Of a stretch of 42,104 bases of DNA, positions 36,789-42,104 are shown piece by piece. Where the stretch lies: the IMG/VR virus record IMGVR_UViG_3300027828_000051, positions 1 to 42,104 of that record, one strand, 5' to 3'. This DNA is from a virus (taxonomy: Duplodnaviria > Caudoviricetes). The position numbers and the translations under genes are program-made. The notes beneath the pieces were generated by a model. The model was not told where the DNA came from. It saw only the letters and a program-made list of their open reading frames with translations, and did no database searches. Within the stretch, counting starts at the first letter, position 1, and every line of letters starts with the position of its first letter.

Positions 36789-37056
36789 GTTCTTTTGGTA
36801 TGAGGTACTAAGACAATTAGTTCCTTCGTTCACTGCTATTATTTTATTAGGTTTAGTACTTGCAATAGCAATTGCTATAGGTTACTGGCTGGGACAGCAT
36901 CATCTGAGAAAACATCATCTAAATGAGATTTCAAAGAATGAGGTTAAAAGATTAGAACTTGAGAATCAAGAATTGAGAAACGGTTATACTCGAGTTGATA
37001 ATGAGAACAACAAACTCAAGGTCACATTATCCCAGTTGAAAGTTATATTGAGGTAA
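36781..37056 (+). CDS. Membrane-anchored coiled-coil protein
   Basis: One TM helix followed by heptad repeats. Confidence 0.7.
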   Translation: MDRFFWYEVLRQLVPSFTAIILLGLVLAIAIAIGYWLGQHHLRKHHLNEISKNEVKRLELENQELRNGYTRVDNENNKLKVTLSQLKVILR

Positions 37057-37058
37057 AT

Positions 37059-37469
37059 ATGTTAGAGACTGAGATGAAAAACGGACTAAAGAAATTACTG
37101 CAGTTCCAACCAATTCAAATTGTTGACATTGAAACTGGAGGAACTGAAGTTGGTGTTGCTGACTTAGCAATTAGAACTGATAAGTTAGATATCTGGATGG
37201 AGTCTAAAGAGATTAAACGATGGCCTGTCAGAGAAGATACAAAGATAATACCAGCATACAGACCTGGACAGTATAGATTCCTCAGGGATTATCAAAGACT
37301 AAACGGTGTATCTGTTCTATCAATGACTTACAAAGACATGTGGTTTATGGTTACGAATATCAAAAAGGAATATACTAAAGATGAATTAGCTTATTACTCA
37401 TTTGTTCCCATGGACTTGCTTGAACAAGATCCCCGGTTTGTTATGAAGCTTTTTAATAATTTGAAGTAG
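37059..37469 (+). CDS. PD-(D/E)XK nuclease, Holliday junction resolvase / VRR-NUC-like
   Basis: MLETEM, GVADL, WMESK and RPGQ..F motifs. Confidence 0.8.
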   Translation: MLETEMKNGLKKLLQFQPIQIVDIETGGTEVGVADLAIRTDKLDIWMESKEIKRWPVREDTKIIPAYRPGQYRFLRDYQRLNGVSVLSMTYKDMWFMVTNIKKEYTKDELAYYSFVPMDLLEQDPRFVMKLFNNLK

Positions 37470-37479
37470 GAGAAATAGC

Positions 37480-37875
37480 ATGAAGAAAATAGCAATACTA
37501 TTAGTCTTTATATTTGTAGCTACAATTTATGCAGAAGATTTTAAGTTTTATTCTTTCGGTGAGTTTGCATATTATCCCATGAAAGAAGATCATTTTGTTC
37601 CCGAAGGAGTATACTTTTCTACTAATATCGGGGTTGGTATAGAGTACAAATGGTTCTTTGTAGATGTTAATCAGAATGTTGATATCACGAAAAGTGATAG
37701 AGGTCTAATATTTAAACCGTATAAAGAACAGTATTATGTAACTGCTGGAATTAATTTCTGGGTTATTCAGGTAGGATATGAACATCTGTGTACTCATAAT
37801 GTAGACAGGTCCCATGGTTACTTTAATCAATATGACAAAGTCTATATAAACTTCGACACAAGAAGACTCAAATAA
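37480..37875 (+). CDS. Secreted beta-strand protein, possible small outer-membrane protein
   Basis: MKKIAILLVFIFVATIYA signal peptide; alternating aromatic beta strands. Confidence 0.65.
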   Translation: MKKIAILLVFIFVATIYAEDFKFYSFGEFAYYPMKEDHFVPEGVYFSTNIGVGIEYKWFFVDVNQNVDITKSDRGLIFKPYKEQYYVTAGINFWVIQVGYEHLCTHNVDRSHGYFNQYDKVYINFDTRRLK

Positions 37876-37900
37876 AAACTCTCCCTCGAGTGAGGGAGAG
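37874..37900 (-). terminator. Terminator between the convergent genome arms
   Basis: CTCTCCCTC-GAGT-GAGGGAGAG, with a T5 tract on the minus strand. Confidence 0.8.
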
Positions 37901-37936
37901 CCAAGGAGTATTACAACAGCTTAAAGCTGGGGTAAA

Positions 37937-38320
37937 CTATTTAAATTGGTGTTTTATTTCATCAACTCCATAGCCAGCACCAAAACCAACTATAAAACCA
38001 CCTATTCTATCCAGCCAAAGGAGGTCTATTCTTTTCCTTTGCAGCTCGTAGGATTTCCAAAGCAGACTGTAATTTATTCTCTGTATGCTCAATTCCTTCG
38101 ATGACATCTTCAACCTTCTCACTTCCCTGTCCAATATTGCTTGCACTTCCATCAATTGAATCCTGTACTCTTCCAAGTCCATCAGAGATGTCTCTATTAA
38201 GTTTGTCAGCTCCTGAAACTCCTGATCCGTCAGAACGACTTCGGAAAACAAATGCAAGGACTGTGAGAACAATAATACCAATAGTAATAAAGATAACTTT
38301 AATCTTTTTCCACACATCAT
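37937..38320 (-). CDS. Signal peptide + coiled coil + C-terminal hydrophobic segment; outer ORF of the nested lysis pair
   Basis: KRLKLSLLLLVLLFSQSLHLFS, heptads, then IGGFIVGFGAGYGV. Confidence 0.6.
   Translation of the reverse strand: MMCGKRLKLSLLLLVLLFSQSLHLFSEVVLTDQEFQELTNLIETSLMDLEEYRIQLMEVQAILDREVRRLKMSSKELSIQRINYSLLWKSYELQRKRIDLLWLDRIGGFIVGFGAGYGVDEIKHQFK
38007..38315 (-). CDS. i-spanin-like protein (N-terminal TM + coiled coil), fully nested
   Basis: GTG start after AGGTGA; KKIK + TM helix + heptads. Confidence 0.6.
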   Translation of the reverse strand: MWKKIKVIFITIGIIVLTVLAFVFRSRSDGSGVSGADKLNRDISDGLGRVQDSIDGSASNIGQGSEKVEDVIEGIEHTENKLQSALEILRAAKEKNRPPLAG

Positions 38321-38323
38321 CAC

Positions 38324-38509
38324 CTACTTTTTAAATGCTCCGATTCCAAAGCATAACATTGTCATTCCAGAAAGAATGTAATATTTTCCTTCATCCACAA
38401 CGGGTAAAAACGTACTAACTAATACTGCAATTAACAGTATAAAGCCAACTACAGTATTTTCATTTATGTCGTTCTTTGTTGAAAATAAATCTGTTAAAAA
38501 CTTTTTCAT
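38324..38509 (-). CDS. Holin (two TM segments)
   Basis: 61 aa with two hydrophobic helices and a basic tail; next to the putative endolysin. Confidence 0.7.
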   Translation of the reverse strand: MKKFLTDLFSTKNDINENTVVGFILLIAVLVSTFLPVVDEGKYYILSGMTMLCFGIGAFKK

Positions 38510-38973
38510 CTTTTAATTCTCCTAAATACTCTTCTAGATTCTATAAAGGCTACGCCTCTTTTGTATGCTTGAACAGTCACTGAGTTTCCCAGTGAGTCGT
38601 AAGTAACATTATCATTCTCATCCGCTACTACAAAGTGATGTTTCCCCGTTTCTGGGTTATACAGATATAATAACTGTAACTCATCTTCCTGAAGCTTTCT
38701 CAGAGCATGAAGTTTATGAGTTCTGTTCTCAATTACTAATCTATAAGGAAGGCCTGAGTCCTGACAAAGCCGATCCCAGTTCATGATCTTTGTATTAGGT
38801 AATATTGTTCCAGCCTTAATCCAGTTATCGCACTCCATAATAAAGTGTTCTCTTTTAAAGGTATTCGTTCCATACATTACTGCAAGATACTGGATATCAA
38901 ACAGAGCACATCCATACTCTTCGAACGGAATCTCAGACATATTATTTAGTAGAATATCATCTTGTCTTATCAT
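38506..38973 (-). CDS. Papain-like (C39/DUF261-like) cysteine peptidase, putative endolysin
   Basis: YGC, HFVV and YDSLG give a Cys-His-Asp layout; lysis cassette position. Confidence 0.6.
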   Translation of the reverse strand: MIRQDDILLNNMSEIPFEEYGCALFDIQYLAVMYGTNTFKREHFIMECDNWIKAGTILPNTKIMNWDRLCQDSGLPYRLVIENRTHKLHALRKLQEDELQLLYLYNPETGKHHFVVADENDNVTYDSLGNSVTVQAYKRGVAFIESRRVFRRIKR

Positions 38974-38983
38974 TGGTTACTCC

Positions 38984-39625
38984 TTATATAGACAGTGTTC
39001 CTTTTATTACAGTTGCATCACCGTCAACGAAAGTCAAACTAGCTGTGTAGTTAACTCCTTTTACAACCCCCTTAACTTCAATGGAACTAGAGGATAGCTT
39101 TTCCATGTATGCTATATCATAGTCTAGGCCGCCTCTTTCAAGCACACCTGAGCAATTAACTTCTACACCAATAGTTAAAAACGGACTAAACTCATCAAAC
39201 CAATTATTCGAAGTACCAGAACCAGTTCCATAACGATGAGTTACTGTTTTCCCTTTTGTAGGGGCTGAAGAACCCTGAATAATCAGAGTTTGTCCGACAC
39301 CACTATCCTTAATCAGTAGTCCATCAACTGTAACCCCAGCAGCTGCTGTTTTCTCCGAAACAGTATCGAGTTTCATGTCTCCATCTTTTACAAGAGATCC
39401 ATCAATAGTAACTCCGGCAGCTGCTGTGTTCTCATCGATGACGTCTGTCTTTACTCTGACTGTCGCAGTAATAGTACTTCTTACGGATTCCAGCACACTC
39501 TTTAGAAAATTAGTAACAGATATTTTACTATCAATATTCCCTGAGGATTTTATATGTAAAATATCTGTATCAACTGCTGAAGACCTCTCTCCTAAGTCTT
39601 CTAATGGAATAAATTGATCACCCAT
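38984..39625 (-). CDS. Short tail fibre / spike protein with tandem 25-aa repeat
   Basis: Fibre-type N-terminus; (E)xTAAAGVTxDGxLxKD repeated twice. Confidence 0.65.
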   Translation of the reverse strand: MGDQFIPLEDLGERSSAVDTDILHIKSSGNIDSKISVTNFLKSVLESVRSTITATVRVKTDVIDENTAAAGVTIDGSLVKDGDMKLDTVSEKTAAAGVTVDGLLIKDSGVGQTLIIQGSSAPTKGKTVTHRYGTGSGTSNNWFDEFSPFLTIGVEVNCSGVLERGGLDYDIAYMEKLSSSSIEVKGVVKGVNYTASLTFVDGDATVIKGTLSI

Positions 39626-39634
39626 AATCTCTCC

Positions 39635-39964
39635 TTATTGTTTAGCGACAATGGAAAGTGCAATATCACCTTCTTTGACGTTTTCTTTTATCGTGTCATG
39701 GAGTGTTTCAAACACTTCACCGAACTCAGCAGATGTTAAAGCAAAATCCCTATCCAGCTTTGTTTTTGTCTTTTCCAAAGTTAACTTGTTAGTATTGTAA
39801 GACTTTGCTCGCATCTCAAGTCTGTCCAAAAACATAGATGTCGGTGCTTCTGTTTTGAAAGTTACACGTACTGCACTGATAGCAAAAGCATCCACTGGAA
39901 CTTCAACTTTTAGCCAATCATCTATATATGATACCTGTAAAGTTACCTTATTACCAATGGCCAT
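39635..39964 (-). CDS. Tail protein resembling the missing C-terminal part of the hub (Tal)
   Basis: DWLKVEVPV...ISAVRVTF...FLDRLE, then AEFGE..TL; has its own GGGAG SD. Confidence 0.5.
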   Translation of the reverse strand: MAIGNKVTLQVSYIDDWLKVEVPVDAFAISAVRVTFKTEAPTSMFLDRLEMRAKSYNTNKLTLEKTKTKLDRDFALTSAEFGEVFETLHDTIKENVKEGDIALSIVAKQ

Positions 39965-39966
39965 TA

Positions 39967-40368
39967 TTAGCTCCCAAGTCGAGATAAAATCTCAAAGAAT
40001 ATCAAAACACCTATCCCAATAACTGCAATAATAGAAGTGAGATTGAACTGTCTTTTGTTTTCATTAGTCTCGAGTTGCTCTTCAACGGTTTTAACTCTCA
40101 AGTTTAACTCAGTGATATCTTTTTCAATCTCACCAACTCTAACCCCTGATTTTTCTGCTGAATTATTCATGCTGTTCTGACATTGCATCATCTGCCCCTG
40201 TAGTTTATCTTCCATTGATTTAAAATTAGCATAATGCTCAGTACTTTGTTTTGTTAGTCGTTCTATCTCTTTTTCGTTAGATGTGTACAGAGCTTTTATA
40301 TCAATGATAAAAGGTGCTATTACATCAGATACTATTGTTTTTATATCGTCCCTTGTCAGTTGCTCCAT
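39967..40368 (-). CDS. Coiled-coil protein with C-terminal TM helix (possible holin-like/lysis accessory)
   Basis: Heptad repeats plus IIAVIGIGVLIFF. Confidence 0.7.
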   Translation of the reverse strand: MEQLTRDDIKTIVSDVIAPFIIDIKALYTSNEKEIERLTKQSTEHYANFKSMEDKLQGQMMQCQNSMNNSAEKSGVRVGEIEKDITELNLRVKTVEEQLETNENKRQFNLTSIIAVIGIGVLIFFEILSRLGS

Positions 40369-40408
40369 CTCCGCTCCTCATTTATTTAAAAGTAACCATA
40401 GTCACTAT

Positions 40409-42104
40409 CTATTGCCATCTTGCGCCAACAAGAGAGATTGATAATGCTGTATTATTTGTATCATTCCAATCTCCTGTATTTGTTGAATTAACGTTGACAT
40501 TATCCCTTGTCCCTGTGTCAGATTTTAAAGTTCTAAAAGAATATGTAACGGTATCAGATTTTTTCACTGCTGCAAAAATCCTTGCACTTGAAGAAGCATT
40601 ATACCCTCCGCTAACTGAAAAAACACTACCCGCTTCAATATGAACACTATCGAGATTATCATACATAGCAGATTCCGTTTTATTATCAGCATTTATATCA
40701 ATTAACCCAGAAGAGTAAGTTCCGTCTTTTGCTTTCCCTACAGACAGCCAGTCAGCAGAACTTCCTACGTCTCCTAAATAGTCATCATAACTATCAACCT
40801 CATAATTACCGCCTACAGGATCAACAGACATTCCACCTTTACCTTGCCCATTCCACTTATTAGCAGCAAGACCACCAATTTCTTGACCGGAAGCAGTAGC
40901 AAATAATAATTCCCCACCGTTTATACATTCCCAATAAACCTTTTGATTTTGTAATGTGGTATCCGCATCAAGGAAAGTATGCGTTTCGGTCACACCATCA
41001 AGAACATATTTTCGTGTTGTTGGTTCTGCGTAGGTTGTTATTTTGTTCTTCTTAGTCACATTAACAACCATTCTTCCATTGGTAGTTCCTGATAAGGAAA
41101 CTCTACTACCGGCATTATTAAAAAGCGATATTCCATTTACTCCTGTTTGAATATCAAAACTAGTTAAACTCCCTGTATCTACAACAGAGTGACCATAAGT
41201 GTTGTTTGCGCCTGTACTTGCATCATAAGAAATGTTTTTAACAAACTGCAAATCAGCCACTCCCACCCTTTCAAACATTGTGGAGACATCTAAATCTTTT
41301 GTTGCTGCATTTAAATCATGGGTAATAGTTATTGTTTCCGCACTCCAATTTTGACTAGAACCAGTTTCGCCAGTGTCTTCCTGATAAACAACCGCATCAA
41401 TCGGCGTGCCGTTAGAAGTGGACGAAACTACTTTCCAATAGTTAAACTCATATGTTGCGGCTCCACGTGTTTCGTTGGAGGTTCTTGCATCAGGAGAATT
41501 GGCTGAATCAAATAAAGTGCTACTACATCCACTAACCCCACCACCTCTGGTGCTTCCAATAGGATTACCTACTGTAAACACACCTTCAAGGTTTGGTTGG
41601 TCTGGCGTGGCTGCAATTAAAGCTAATTCGCCTGTTAACCTCTGACCAGCATCATCAATAGCAATTCCCTCTTGAGTCAAGCGGAATGTACCGGAGCCAG
41701 AGTCTGTATATGAAACTTTATTTGTGTTTGCTATTGCATCGGCTTCTGTAGGATAAACAAAATATTGAGTTGTCCCTAACCATCTGAAATAATAAGTGTT
41801 GTCTTCTGTAACTCCTGTTGGTAGTGTTCCAGATTCAAGCCTGAATATAAAACCTGTTCCATCTCTTAGTGCTTGAGTGTTTAAACCTAAATCAATAGTT
41901 AAAAATGTTGGGCCAGTAACTTCAGCATCAGTAAAACTTATATCAGGCATCCCACTTCTCGGATATTTGCCCGGTACTGGTGTTGGGTAGAACAAAGTGC
42001 TACTTGCTGATAAATCCGCATCACCTGCATCGACGTGCTGTTGATTAAACATATGACCGTACTTAGCAAAATAGGCCGCATAATTTGACTGAGAAATAGC
42101 ATTG
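40409..42104 (-). CDS. Tail fibre / receptor-binding protein, C-terminal part
   Basis: Interrupted tail-collar motifs (DDAGQRLTG, FDSANSPDARTSNETR); Gly/Thr/Ser-rich beta domains; frame open to the window end. Confidence 0.85.
   Translation of the reverse strand, partial: NAISQSNYAAYFAKYGHMFNQQHVDAGDADLSASSTLFYPTPVPGKYPRSGMPDISFTDAEVTGPTFLTIDLGLNTQALRDGTGFIFRLESGTLPTGVTEDNTYYFRWLGTTQYFVYPTEADAIANTNKVSYTDSGSGTFRLTQEGIAIDDAGQRLTGELALIAATPDQPNLEGVFTVGNPIGSTRGGGVSGCSSTLFDSANSPDARTSNETRGAATYEFNYWKVVSSTSNGTPIDAVVYQEDTGETGSSQNWSAETITITHDLNAATKDLDVSTMFERVGVADLQFVKNISYDASTGANNTYGHSVVDTGSLTSFDIQTGVNGISLFNNAGSRVSLSGTTNGRMVVNVTKKNKITTYAEPTTRKYVLDGVTETHTFLDADTTLQNQKVYWECINGGELLFATASGQEIGGLAANKWNGQGKGGMSVDPVGGNYEVDSYDDYLGDVGSSADWLSVGKAKDGTYSSGLIDINADNKTESAMYDNLDSVHIEAGSVFSVSGGYNASSSARIFAAVKKSDTVTYSFRTLKSDTGTRDNVNVNSTNTGDWNDTNNTALSISLVGARWQ
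41978..42104. repeat. 127-bp terminal direct repeat, right copy
   Basis: Identical to bases 1-127. Confidence 0.95.

Noticed and set aside
1-42104. Stop-codon reassignment, DGR, introns/inteins, tRNAs
   Set aside because: Genes are intact in the standard code and end in TAA, TAG and TGA. No reverse transcriptase, no oversized terL/polA/helicase and no tRNA cloverleaf were seen by eye.

Overview
The window is a complete, circularly permuted genome of a tailed siphovirus-like phage, about 41,977 bp. Bases 1-127 repeat at 41978-42104, which looks like an assembly overlap, and the tail-fibre gene runs through that junction. The minus strand carries packaging, head, tail and lysis genes (about 16.9 kb down to 1, then 42.1 kb down to 37.9 kb). 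The plus strand carries early, replication and nucleotide genes (18.4-37.9 kb): SNF2 helicase, SSB, PD-(D/E)XK nuclease, AEP primase, UvrD-like helicase and family A polymerase. No integrase, tRNA or CRISPR array was seen. Several cues point weakly to a diderm, possibly spirochaete, host. The most notable signals are: (1) two intact hammerhead ribozymes (type II with pseudoknot, and type I), each in a promoter / one small ORF / ribozyme unit; (2) a cytosine-modification cluster pairing a thymidylate-synthase homologue with the dCMP-type Asp with an atypical C5-methyltransferase (PSC and DNL motifs); (3) two distant copies of a non-coding four-motif element with conserved 32/77/30-31 bp spacing; (4) a Csx16-like candidate anti-CRISPR ring nuclease; (5) two fully nested membrane-protein ORFs in the spanin position, with no lipobox; (6) an apparently split baseplate hub gene. 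All calls come from reading the sequence; no searches were run.
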